From a virus, in IMG/VR virus record IMGVR_UViG_3300047476_000982, positions 1-64,000 of that record: a stretch of 64,000 nucleotides of DNA. One strand, given 5' to 3'. Every line of letters starts with the position of its first letter. Positions within the stretch are counted from its first letter, which is position 1. The position numbers and the translations under genes were made by a program. Below are positions 10,279 to 19,500 of the stretch, one piece after another. The notes under the pieces are model-generated. The model was not told the origin of the DNA. It saw nothing but the letters and a program-made list of their open reading frames with translations, and made no database searches.

Positions 10279-10969
10279 CGGATCCTACAAATGTAAAACT
10301 AAAATCTATTCCTGGAGATACTTCTTTAATGTATTTTCTAAGTTCTATAGAATCTGATGCTAATAATCCATTATCAATAAAATCTCTAATAAACTTCTTA
10401 TCTGAATTACCATTTACAGAAGTAATTTGAGTTTTTAATTTTATTGTAATATCGCTAGATATATTAAGTTTTTTAAGAGACTTTACTTCTTTTTCTATAT
10501 CTAATTCGTCTTTTTGAGTTAATATTTTAAATGTAACTTCATTATTTGTATTTGGTAAAACAAATCTAACTTCATTACTATTATTGAATAAAGAAAAATC
10601 TACTTGTTTATCTTTTAAAGAACTTAAATCAATAACTACTTCTTCAGGCACATCTGTTATAGGATGCTTATATTTTATAGGATAGTTTTTTCCATATCCT
10701 AAAATTCTAGATGCAATCATAATTGCGTCACGGTCTCCTGCTATTAAATCTTCATAATTAATTTTGCTAACTATCATAGATTGAAATAGTTTATCAAAAA
10801 CTATTCCTTGTTGTATATAGTTAGAGTTTGTTAAAATATCCTCTTCTCTTGCAGTCATGTATTTCATTTCAATCTCTCCAGAAGATAGAGGATTTTCTTT
10901 AGGATAAACTAAACCTTTTGAAGGTAACTTAACAATTTCTGTTGGTAAACTAAATTTTTGTTCAGACAT
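10214..10969 (-). CDS. Tail/baseplate assembly chaperone (T4 gp26-like)
   Basis: LPTEIVKLPSKGLVYP...MKYMTAREEDIL...LIAGDRDAIMIASRILGYG gp26-type pattern; lies between the tube and tape measure genes. Confidence 0.75.
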   Translation of the reverse strand: MSEQKFSLPTEIVKLPSKGLVYPKENPLSSGEIEMKYMTAREEDILTNSNYIQQGIVFDKLFQSMIVSKINYEDLIAGDRDAIMIASRILGYGKNYPIKYKHPITDVPEEVVIDLSSLKDKQVDFSLFNNSNEVRFVLPNTNNEVTFKILTQKDELDIEKEVKSLKKLNISSDITIKLKTQITSVNGNSDKKFIRDFIDNGLLASDSIELRKYIKEVSPGIDFSFTFVGSDGYVEEGVSLPIDVSFFYPKL

Positions 10970-10984
10970 AAAACGTATTTATTT

Positions 10985-10992
10985 ATAAATAT
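10985..10992 (-). promoter_or_regulatory. ATATTTAT motif before the chaperone gene
   Basis: ~16 nt upstream of the ATG at 10969, inside the palindrome TATTTATAAATA. Confidence 0.55.
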
Positions 10993-11009
10993 AAGAATAA
11001 AAAGTTTTA

Positions 11010-11040
11010 TAAAACAAAAAAAGCCTCTAGTGATAGAGGC
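11010..11040 (-). terminator. Intrinsic terminator after the tail tube gene
   Basis: GCCTCTA-TCAC-TAGAGGC 7-bp stem followed by TTTTTTTGTTTT on the minus strand. Confidence 0.8.
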
Positions 11041-11064
11041 CTTTCCTTTAAGTATATAATTATT

Positions 11065-11550
11065 TTAGTAATTAAGTACGCAGTAATCCATTCCTATAGA
11101 CAAAGTCAATTCAGTTGGATCAGATGTTGACCAGTCATAGTTTCCAAAAGTAGCTTCTTTAATGAAAGCGCCTTTAACAATCCACTCACTTACAATATCA
11201 CCTACTGGACCTAAAATAGATAAATTAATGTCTTTCTTATAGAAGTCAGAATAACCATCACGTCCAGTTACTGATTCATGGTGAAGACGTACCCATTCCA
11301 TTACAGCTTGTTGACCTGAAGGCGATACTGGGTTGTATAAAGATAAGCTCATATCTCTCCATTCAGCTTTACCTTTGATCTTACGGTAAACGTTGATATG
11401 GTCGAGTTTGATCTCATTTAAAGTTACACCTGGTGCATCTGCCTTCTTAATCATGTAAGAAGGAATACCATCAATGTACATCACAAATCTATTTGATACT
11501 GTTGGTTCAAACGCTGTGAACATTATTTCATTAGGATCCAATACTGGCAT
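11065..11550 (-). CDS. gp19: Tail tube protein (T4 gp19-like)
   Basis: FEPTVSNRF, W.RLHHESVTGRDGY...YKKD and W.VKGAF...GNYDWS patterns; 161 aa; follows the sheath gene. Confidence 0.85.
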   Translation of the reverse strand: MPVLDPNEIMFTAFEPTVSNRFVMYIDGIPSYMIKKADAPGVTLNEIKLDHINVYRKIKGKAEWRDMSLSLYNPVSPSGQQAVMEWVRLHHESVTGRDGYSDFYKKDINLSILGPVGDIVSEWIVKGAFIKEATFGNYDWSTSDPTELTLSIGMDYCVLNY

Positions 11551-11574
11551 TGTATGTTAAGTTTTATTCTACTT

Positions 11575-11582
11575 ATAAATAT
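11575..11582 (-). promoter_or_regulatory. ATATTTAT motif before the tail tube gene
   Basis: ~25 nt upstream of the ATG at 11550. Confidence 0.55.
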
Positions 11583-11594
11583 TCGACAACGAAT

Positions 11595-12011
11595 TTATTT
11601 ATCTTCTTCTTTCTTTTCTTCTTTAGCTTCTTCCATGTTACCACCCATCTTTTTATCGATAGTGCTAGAAGCATCTTTACCTACTTCTTTGTAAGCTCTT
11701 AAAAATCCTTGCATACCTTTAAGATTGTTATCCTTCATGTATCCAACTATTGCTTTTATTACACTTGCAGCTATTCCTAATCCTGCAGCAGCAGCTGGAA
11801 TCCACGCATATTCTACACCTGGTGCTGCTTCTTCTACTTTTTCTTCTTCTACTTTTTTCATTCCGTCTTTAGGAGCTTTCTTTTCTTTCACAACTGTCCA
11901 ATCACCATAGGCTTTACCACCTTTTTGTGCTTCGGTCAATGTTAATTGCTTCTTTACACTCTCGTATAAGTGAGCAGGTACTTTAATTCTTAAAATTGTA
12001 TTATCGTTCAT
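11595..12011 (-). CDS. Hypothetical K/E-rich protein between sheath and tube
   Basis: 138-aa ORF filling the gap; several [LV]xE[AS] motifs. Confidence 0.6.
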   Translation of the reverse strand: MNDNTILRIKVPAHLYESVKKQLTLTEAQKGGKAYGDWTVVKEKKAPKDGMKKVEEEKVEEAAPGVEYAWIPAAAAGLGIAASVIKAIVGYMKDNNLKGMQGFLRAYKEVGKDASSTIDKKMGGNMEEAKEEKKEEDK

Positions 12012-12028
12012 CTTAAGGTTGTTTTATT

Positions 12029-13786
12029 TTATTGACCAAATGTTGTGCCAGTTGGAAGAATGTTGAAGTCAAGTTGAATGAATTCCGCAGTCTTTGTAGG
12101 CTGTAAGTATATTGTACCAACCAATTGGTTACGATCTACTACATCTGGTGTATTATTAGTCTCATCCATTACTACTTGGAATGCATAAAGACCTTGTCTT
12201 TGTTGTACTGATTCTAAGTATGGATTAACTTGATTTAAGAATTTATTTCTTGTTACCTGAGTATTTGGTTCGAATACAATTGTTTCGCCAATTTGACCAA
12301 TATAATCTTTAAGAGCTATTAACAATCTTCTTACATTTACACGATCAAGTGCAGATGGTTTTTGTTGAAGAGTCTTTTGACCATATATTACTGTACCAAC
12401 TCCAGGGAATGTAGCGATTGGGTTAACTTTACCTTGATAAAGTAAGTTCCTATCGTTAACTGTTAATTTTCTTTCTGGTTGAAGTACTGTAGATAGAGCG
12501 CCTCTATTAAGACCTGCAGGTGCAAACCACTCAGCAGCAACTTTATCATTGTATTCGTAAACTGCTGGTACTAATGTAGAAGCAGGAACAAAGTTTATTT
12601 TACCAGTCTCACGGCTTCTAACTTGTACCCATGGCCAATATGTTGCACCATATGAATTATCGTATAAGTTTGCTTGAGTAAGAACTGAGTTTATTTGTTG
12701 ACCATAAGATGCCATATCAATAACTGCTATTGCATCTCCTCTACCTTGAACAAGAGTTAATAAACTACCTACTGTAGTAGCTGCATTTTGGCTATTTAAT
12801 CCTGGTGCATATACTACATTTACATTATAAGAATCTTGATTTTCAAGAAGATTAATTGCAATTGCATAATCAGCAGGATGTACACCTTGAATATTAGTTG
12901 CTGGTGTAGCTACTACTGAGTTTGCAACTGGAATTGATTCAAACATATTCATTGCGGCTTTACCGAATGAACCAAATATAGCACCGCTAGCACCGCCAAA
13001 AGCACCATTAACAGATCCAGATCCTATAGCAGGAAGTGAAGATGTATATTGATTTTGAGGAAGTCCTGTTTGATCAAAATATCCAGGTGTAGGAAGATTA
13101 ACTGATTTAAGTCTTACATAGCGACTCTTATTTTGATAAGATCCGGTTGTTTGTAAGTAATAATCTCCAGTTGAATCTTGGCGAATTGCTTGTGTTTGAT
13201 CACCAATTACATATGCAATATAATTATTTTGGTTTGGATCTAATGAAAGATTATTCCAAGTTTCAAGAATAGTTTTACTATTATTGTAATCGTCACCACG
13301 ACGAATAATCATACTAAATACTCCCGAACCAGTATCAACTCCAGTTATTTCCCAACGAATATTAGCAGAAGATCCTGATGGTAAAGATCCATCTACAGAA
13401 GTTCCACCTACGTTATTCATTAAATTACCAACTGAAAGAGTTTCAAGTTCAAAAGAAGTAGCAGCTCCAATAGACGCTACAGAAGCAGTGGCTGCTGTAT
13501 AAGAACCAGAAGCTACTCTAGTAACAAGAAGAGAATCTCCACCTTGCTCAAAGTAGTTAAGTGCTGCAATTGAAGTTAAATACTCGTAGTTAGCTCCACC
13601 AGAAACAAATGCAGCTCCAAAAAGAGCTTTATATTCTGAATATGAAGTTACTAATGTTGGAATGTTTACAGGTCCAATTACTGTAGGGCCTAAAAGAGCT
13701 GCGCCGGCAGCAATAGGTCCTTGTGTTATTTGGGATAGATCGTTTTCATTTAAGAAAACTCCTGGGCTAATAAGTGTTTCGGCCAT
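12029..13786 (-). CDS. gp18: Tail sheath protein (T4 gp18-like)
   Basis: ISPGVFLNEND N-terminus; WFAPAGLNRG, VNPIATFPG, GQKTL, RVNVRRLL and FEPNT sheath signatures. Confidence 0.95.
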   Translation of the reverse strand: MAETLISPGVFLNENDLSQITQGPIAAGAALLGPTVIGPVNIPTLVTSYSEYKALFGAAFVSGGANYEYLTSIAALNYFEQGGDSLLVTRVASGSYTAATASVASIGAATSFELETLSVGNLMNNVGGTSVDGSLPSGSSANIRWEITGVDTGSGVFSMIIRRGDDYNNSKTILETWNNLSLDPNQNNYIAYVIGDQTQAIRQDSTGDYYLQTTGSYQNKSRYVRLKSVNLPTPGYFDQTGLPQNQYTSSLPAIGSGSVNGAFGGASGAIFGSFGKAAMNMFESIPVANSVVATPATNIQGVHPADYAIAINLLENQDSYNVNVVYAPGLNSQNAATTVGSLLTLVQGRGDAIAVIDMASYGQQINSVLTQANLYDNSYGATYWPWVQVRSRETGKINFVPASTLVPAVYEYNDKVAAEWFAPAGLNRGALSTVLQPERKLTVNDRNLLYQGKVNPIATFPGVGTVIYGQKTLQQKPSALDRVNVRRLLIALKDYIGQIGETIVFEPNTQVTRNKFLNQVNPYLESVQQRQGLYAFQVVMDETNNTPDVVDRNQLVGTIYLQPTKTAEFIQLDFNILPTGTTFGQ

Positions 13787-13807
13787 TTATATTATTTTTA
13801 TCTAGTA

Positions 13808-13815
13808 ATAAATAT
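13808..13815 (-). promoter_or_regulatory. ATATTTAT motif before the sheath gene
   Basis: ~22 nt upstream of the ATG at 13786. Confidence 0.55.
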
Positions 13816-13836
13816 CTATCCTTTATTCAAAACACT

Positions 13837-14073
13837 TTATTGAAATTCTCCAGTTTCGATATTTATGTTGATGTTTCCGTATTTGTCTTTTAGTTCTTCA
13901 AAAAGTGAAGTCTCAGATTTTTTTAAATCTTTGATTTTTTGTTTTTGATCTTCCATCAACAATTCTAAAACTGTCTTTTGATACTGTAGTTCTCCTAATG
14001 CAGATGCGATCTCTAGAGAATCTTTTCTAACTTGATGTAATCTTTCTAATTCGTTTTCTGTAAGCTTTGCCAT
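13837..14073 (-). CDS. Small coiled-coil protein
   Basis: 78 aa with heptad-like L/E/K pattern; has its own upstream motif. Confidence 0.6.
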   Translation of the reverse strand: MAKLTENELERLHQVRKDSLEIASALGELQYQKTVLELLMEDQKQKIKDLKKSETSLFEELKDKYGNININIETGEFQ

Positions 14074-14091
14074 AACGTTCCTTTTTTTATA

Positions 14092-14099
14092 ATAAATAT
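14092..14099 (-). promoter_or_regulatory. ATATTTAT motif
   Basis: ~19 nt upstream of the ATG at 14073. Confidence 0.55.
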
Positions 14100-14116
14100 G
14101 TAAACTATGATGAGAA

Positions 14117-14145
14117 ATAAAATGGCCCTCTGATTATAGAGAGCC
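14117..14145 (-). terminator. Intrinsic terminator, possibly bidirectional
   Basis: GGCUCUCU-AUAAUC-AGAGGGCC 8-bp stem (one G-U pair) followed by AUUUUAUUU; A-tract on the other side. Confidence 0.75.
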
Positions 14146-14176
14146 TATTTTTTTATATTAAAAAAACAAAGTCAAT

Positions 14177-14446
14177 TTATTTAGTTGCTTTCTTTTTTGG
14201 AGCAGCTTTTTTCTTTACTACTTTTTTTACTTCTTTAAGCTCTTCTACTTTTTGCACGCTAACAATTGGTTCAACTTTAACAGGAACTTCTTCTACTGGT
14301 GCTGGAGCAGGAACTACAGGATCTAATGTTGGATTTAAAGGGGCTGGTGTGTCTTTACTAATTTCTTCTACTTTACTTTTTCTAGAAGTAGCAATAAAGT
14401 ATGCAGCAACACAAGCAACTGCAATAACTAAAATAATCTGTAACAT
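14177..14446 (-). CDS. Small membrane-anchored protein with a Pro/Val linker and Lys-rich tail
   Basis: N-terminal hydrophobic helix MLQIILVIAVACVAAYFIA; C-terminal KKVVKKKAAPKKKATK. Confidence 0.65.
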   Translation of the reverse strand: MLQIILVIAVACVAAYFIATSRKSKVEEISKDTPAPLNPTLDPVVPAPAPVEEVPVKVEPIVSVQKVEELKEVKKVVKKKAAPKKKATK

Positions 14447-14463
14447 AAAATAGTTGTTTATTT

Positions 14464-14471
14464 ATAAATAT
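14464..14471 (-). promoter_or_regulatory. ATATTTAT motif in the extended context TTTTCGTATATTTATA
   Basis: ~18 nt upstream of the ATG at 14446. Confidence 0.55.
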
Positions 14472-14496
14472 ACGAAAATAAGAGAAAAATAAATTT

Positions 14497-14676
14497 TTAT
14501 CCAATTTGTGCTACTCTATATTGACGATCAGTAGGATCTGCTATAGAAAGTTCGTCTGCTTTTAATTGAGCTTCTGGCTCATTGTCATACTCATAGATTG
14601 GATCATCTGGATTTAATCTAGCTACCCAAATTTGATCACTTCCTGGTATAAACTGCATTTGTACTTGATAAATCAT
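14497..14676 (-). CDS. Small 59-aa protein missing from the ORF track (MIYQVQMQFIPGSDQIWVARL...)
   Basis: ATG at 14674-14676, TAA at 14497-14499; starts 10 nt after the upstream stop and fills the gap. Confidence 0.65.
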   Translation of the reverse strand: MIYQVQMQFIPGSDQIWVARLNPDDPIYEYDNEPEAQLKADELSIADPTDRQYRVAQIG

Positions 14677-14686
14677 AAACTATATT

Positions 14687-15049
14687 TTATATTACTGTAG
14701 TTGTAGTTGTAGTAGTACTAGTAGTCAACCACGGTGCTTGTTCTATTAATACAGGAGGATCTATTTGATTTTGTATTTGTTGAGCTACGCTAGCTTCGTA
14801 AGATTGCATTTGTTCTATACCCATTGATGCAGTCATCCAATTATAAACTATATCATAAGTAAGTTCATTAAAAGGAGTAAATGCAGATCCTGTTTCATAA
14901 CTAACTGCTTGAGTTCCTATTACTGAGCTTTGATAAGATCCTGTAGATCCATAAAGTTGCCAATGAACTAAAAATACTACATTATCTTCGCCAGAAGCTG
15001 TTGGATACGCTTCTAATGGATTAAAATTCCATGTGTAATTAATTGCCAT
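14687..15049 (-). CDS. Fibre-associated small protein with a C-terminal poly-Thr tail
   Basis: 120 aa; YTWNFNPLEAYP...VHWQLYG; ends TTSTTTTTTTVI. Confidence 0.6.
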   Translation of the reverse strand: MAINYTWNFNPLEAYPTASGEDNVVFLVHWQLYGSTGSYQSSVIGTQAVSYETGSAFTPFNELTYDIVYNWMTASMGIEQMQSYEASVAQQIQNQIDPPVLIEQAPWLTTSTTTTTTTVI

Positions 15050-15068
15050 TTTTTATTTTTTATTTATT

Positions 15069-15076
15069 ATAAATAT
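15069..15076 (-). promoter_or_regulatory. ATATTTAT motif
   Basis: ~20 nt upstream of the ATG at 15049. Confidence 0.55.
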
Positions 15077-15080
15077 CTTA

Positions 15081-16523
15081 TTAAAATGAGTTAAAAAAAT
15101 TGAAAAATTCTGAGTTTTTATTTTTATACCAAATCCTAACTAATCCTTTTGCCCCATCTCCTCCGTCTACATTACTACCACCTCCAATTCCACTCATTCC
15201 GCCGCCGCCACCTCCACCGTATTGACTTCCAGCTAAACCATCTGCTGTTGCTGCTACACCTGCTCCACCAGCGCCGCCATTTTCTTCACCGCCTGTTCCT
15301 GCTGTTTGCCCAGTTGCATTTCCTCCAGGAGATAAACTACCACCAGCTCCACCGCCACCACCACTAAATCCTACTCCAGGATTTCTTGCGCCTGTTCCAC
15401 CAGATCCTCCTGCTATAATTGCGTCTCCTACGCATCCAGTAACAGATGAAGCGCCGCCTCCACCTATATTACCATTTGGACCGCCAGTACCTCCTGCTCC
15501 ACCTGTTGCAATAACAAACGCGCTAACAAATGTACTATTTAATTTTACTTGAGCTGTTCCTCCTTGAGTTTCTTTTACAGTATTAGTAGATGGAGCAGTT
15601 ATATATAAAGTATCTCCACTAGTTACAGATTGCGCTTTTCTAGCATAATTTCCACCAGCACCTCCACCTCCATAACCTCTTTGAAGAGTTGCGCCACTTG
15701 CTCCGCCACCGCCGCCACCTGCACCCCAACATTCTACTAATACTTCTGTAACTCCATCTGGAATAGGAAATGCAAAATCTGTACAATCAACAAATGTAGC
15801 GCTAGAAACATTATCGTCATAATATATAGTTACTTGACCTCTTGCACCTGCGCCTCCTACATAATCGCCAGCTTCAAAAAACTTTACTGCACCACCGCCG
15901 CCTCCGCCACCTGGAATTGATCCAGGATTTCCTACTTGACTAGTACTACCTCCAGAACCACCTGCGCCTCCATTTGGAGTTCCACCAGTTCCGGCACTTT
16001 GACCTGATGCATTTCCTCCTTGTGAATCTATTCCCGCACTTCCGCCACCACCGCCACCTCTTGCTCTTGGATAAAGCTCAGGGATTTCTGTAAATGTTGT
16101 TGCATTTGCTCCATTACCACCAGCTCTTAATAAAGATCCACTAGAACCTATAGTTGTACCTCCACCTGCATTTCCTAATGATTCAGCAAAAGTAACAGCA
16201 AATGCATCATTTCCAGCTGCACCACCCGCTCCTATTACTCTATTACTATTAGAATAAGAAACAGAAGAATTATTTCCAGTAGTTCCTGAATTTGTTTGCT
16301 GTGCACCAACTGCAACTGTAACTTTAGTAAATGAAGTAACAGGAACAACGCCTCTAGCAAAAGCACCACCAGCACCGCCACCGCCGCCTGCTGATAAATT
16401 ATTTGTATCAGAACTAAATGCGCCTCCACCTGCGCCACCGCCGCCAATACAATCTGCTGTAATAGAATCTACATACGGTGGTACATAGAAAATTCCATTT
16501 GAAGTATATAAAATAGTTGCCAT
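15081..16523 (-). CDS. Glycine-rich adhesin with two tandem polyglycine domains (T-even gp38-like architecture)
   Basis: Two ~235-aa units, each starting (D/E)C.G.GGGGG and ending G..G.V.I.Y; directly downstream of the long fibre gene. Confidence 0.6.
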   Translation of the reverse strand: MATILYTSNGIFYVPPYVDSITADCIGGGGAGGGAFSSDTNNLSAGGGGGAGGAFARGVVPVTSFTKVTVAVGAQQTNSGTTGNNSSVSYSNSNRVIGAGGAAGNDAFAVTFAESLGNAGGGTTIGSSGSLLRAGGNGANATTFTEIPELYPRARGGGGGGSAGIDSQGGNASGQSAGTGGTPNGGAGGSGGSTSQVGNPGSIPGGGGGGGAVKFFEAGDYVGGAGARGQVTIYYDDNVSSATFVDCTDFAFPIPDGVTEVLVECWGAGGGGGGASGATLQRGYGGGGAGGNYARKAQSVTSGDTLYITAPSTNTVKETQGGTAQVKLNSTFVSAFVIATGGAGGTGGPNGNIGGGGASSVTGCVGDAIIAGGSGGTGARNPGVGFSGGGGGAGGSLSPGGNATGQTAGTGGEENGGAGGAGVAATADGLAGSQYGGGGGGGMSGIGGGSNVDGGDGAKGLVRIWYKNKNSEFFNFFNSF

Positions 16524-16542
16524 AACTTTTATACTTTACTAA

Positions 16543-19500
16543 TTAGAAATTATTTATTTTTGCTATTAAATCCCAACGATTTGCATCAGAATTATATATA
16601 AATCCTAAATATATTGTTTTTCCTGCTAAAGTAATACTAGGTAAAGGCAAGTCTGTAGAAGCTCTATAAAGATTTCCAAATGTTAAAGATTGCGGAGTTC
16701 CATTATCTTTTATTCTTAGAATAAATCGTTGTCCATTTACTATAGTTCCAGTAGGATTGTTTATAGTTAAAGATTGAGCTTGGGCTGTTACTACAAATAC
16801 ATCTTCTGTATCTATTGTAGGGGTTACTGATGTTGTTGAAGTTGTACTATTAGTTCTAGGTCTGTAAGTTCCTCTTATTCCTGTACCTACTACATCTAAA
16901 GTATATCCTGGTGATGAAGTTCCTATTCCAACACTTGTTCCATTTATAGACATTACTTGTTGAGTACCTATTGCTGTAGAAGTATCAGTTCCTTGTTTCC
17001 ATATATAAAAATCTATTGCATTACCAGCTGCTGCTGATGAATTATGTCTTGTTTTTATTGCATGTCTGTAGGTATCCGTATTTGCATATCCAAAAGTAAT
17101 TTGGTTACTACTAAAATTAGCATTACTATTACCTGATCTTAATTGTAAAGATATTTGTCCAGCTGTATCTTGAGCTCCTTTAATATCTAAATTTGCTGTA
17201 GGAGAAGTTGTTCCAATACCTACATTTCCATTAGAAGGTTGTAATAATAAAGGTCTTGTTGCACCACCCTGTAAAGTAAGACCTGCACCATCACCCCAAA
17301 GCATTAAAGTTTGTACTCCACCTGCTCCGTTAGCTTTTATAGTAAACGCATTTGAATAATTATAATTTGCGCTGATTTCTGCGTAATAGTTTGCAGGAGA
17401 AGTAGCTGATTGTAATTTTAGATTTTGTTGATCTCCTTCAATAGTTAATTGGTGGACAGGATTTGTTGTACCTATACCTACACTACCTCCCATTATAACA
17501 GTTCCACCATTTCCTGTTATACCATCAACAGTATTGATATATAAAGGAGCCCATCCATCTAAAGCATAGTTATGTGCAAATACACCTGCAACTCCTGCAT
17601 ATGTACCAAGAAATGATGACCTATCAGCAGTTAAGTTTTTACTTAATATTCTACCTCTCCAACCAGCACTATTACCATCTTGTCTTGCTATTATATTTTG
17701 ATCAATACCTTGAACTTCTAACTTAGCAGCTGGTGAGGTTGTGCCTATACCAACGCCTGTTGATCTCATAACAGCAGTATTTGTACCATTGCTATAAAAA
17801 TACATAGCATCTCCATCATCATACCCTCTTATGTATGTACCATTTGCATATGTATAAGCTCCAAAAAATATAGATCCTCCATCCGTTAATTGCATATCTC
17901 CTGAGCCTTGTACGTAAAGAGATACTCCAGCTCCATTTGATAATCCATTATTTATATACGTAGTTGCTTCTACATGTAATGGATAGCTAGGAGATAATGT
18001 ACCAATACCCACTCTATTATTAACCCCATCTAAAACCATTACAATATCAGAATTACTTCCTCCAGCTACAAAAAAACGCATTTCATTACCATTAGCTTGA
18101 ATATAACTAGTAGTTGAAGTATTTGTAAGTGCTAAATCTACGTATGATGTATTTGATAAAACTCTAAGTCCAGAACCACCACCTTGAGCGTCTAACGTAA
18201 AACCAGGAGACGTAGTTCCTATACCTACATTACCTCCGCTAAAAACGAGTCCATTACTTCCTGTTACATTAGAGGTACTAGTCCAATAAGCAATTTGTGT
18301 ACTTGCGCCAGTTCCTGTAACTGTACCTGCGGATCCACCTGTTGCTGTTAAAGTTCCACCACTTAAAGATAATCCAGAACCAACAGTAATTGAAGATAAT
18401 AAACCATTAGAATCTGTTCCTACTATTCTATTTCCAGTTCCTGATAAAGAATTTATTGTTATATTTCTAGATCCTTGAGATATTACAAAAGCATCTGTAG
18501 CGGTTCCTGAACTAGCGTCTCTTATTTTAAATTGTCCATTTGAATCCCCAAAATATCCAGCAAACCAAATAGCAGCATCAAATGTTCCATAATATCCAAA
18601 ATCAATATAAGAATTATTTCCACTACCACCAGAAGTTAGGTCTAAAACTGCATTTGTAGATGTGTTTGCATATTGACCGATTCTAGCATTTCCTACTACT
18701 TGTAATGTTGCAGTAGGCGATGTAGTACCTATTCCAATATAGCCATTTGAATGCTTAAATGTCATAAAGGTAGTACTTAATGCATCTGAATACCAATTAA
18801 AATCTGTAGATGTTACTGAAACTTCTACTCTTTTACTTCCTGCATTATCAAAAAAGTGCATATTAGCACCGTTAGTATCTGATGCTCTAGATCTTATAAA
18901 ACCTAATTTACTTATACTAACAAATTCTTTAGCATTTGATCCTTTAAATTTAAAAGAATCTCCTGTAGTATCATCTGATGGAGTTACGATATTTAAAGTT
19001 GCATTAGGTTCTGTAGTTCCTATACCAACATTACCATTATTAATATTAAAATAATCAGTTCCTCCAACAGAGGTGTGGTTAAATCCAGGTGAACATTCGT
19101 GTTCTAATATAGTAGTTGAATAAATTGATCCTGGACTAAACTCTATTATTTCATTTCCATAAGGATAAACATCTACGTATGCTTGTAAAGGTTGTCCAGG
19201 TTCGTGGTTACTTATTTTTGCCTGTACAGTAAAATCTTCTGTAAGAGTAGTAGCTGCTAAAATTTTTATTGTTAATATAGTATAAATTCCTGATTGGGAT
19301 TTTACTACTATATCTTCAGAATGATTTGCTGTTATATCTATAATACTATCAACAACAACTGAATTAACTGTTCCTCTAATTACTACTTTTACTGCTGAAC
19401 TGAGTTGGTCTCCATACACATTAAATAAAGTAGTATAAGATCCAGTTGTAATATTTTCTACTGTTTTGGTATATCTTCTAGCTGCATATTGTAGAGGACC

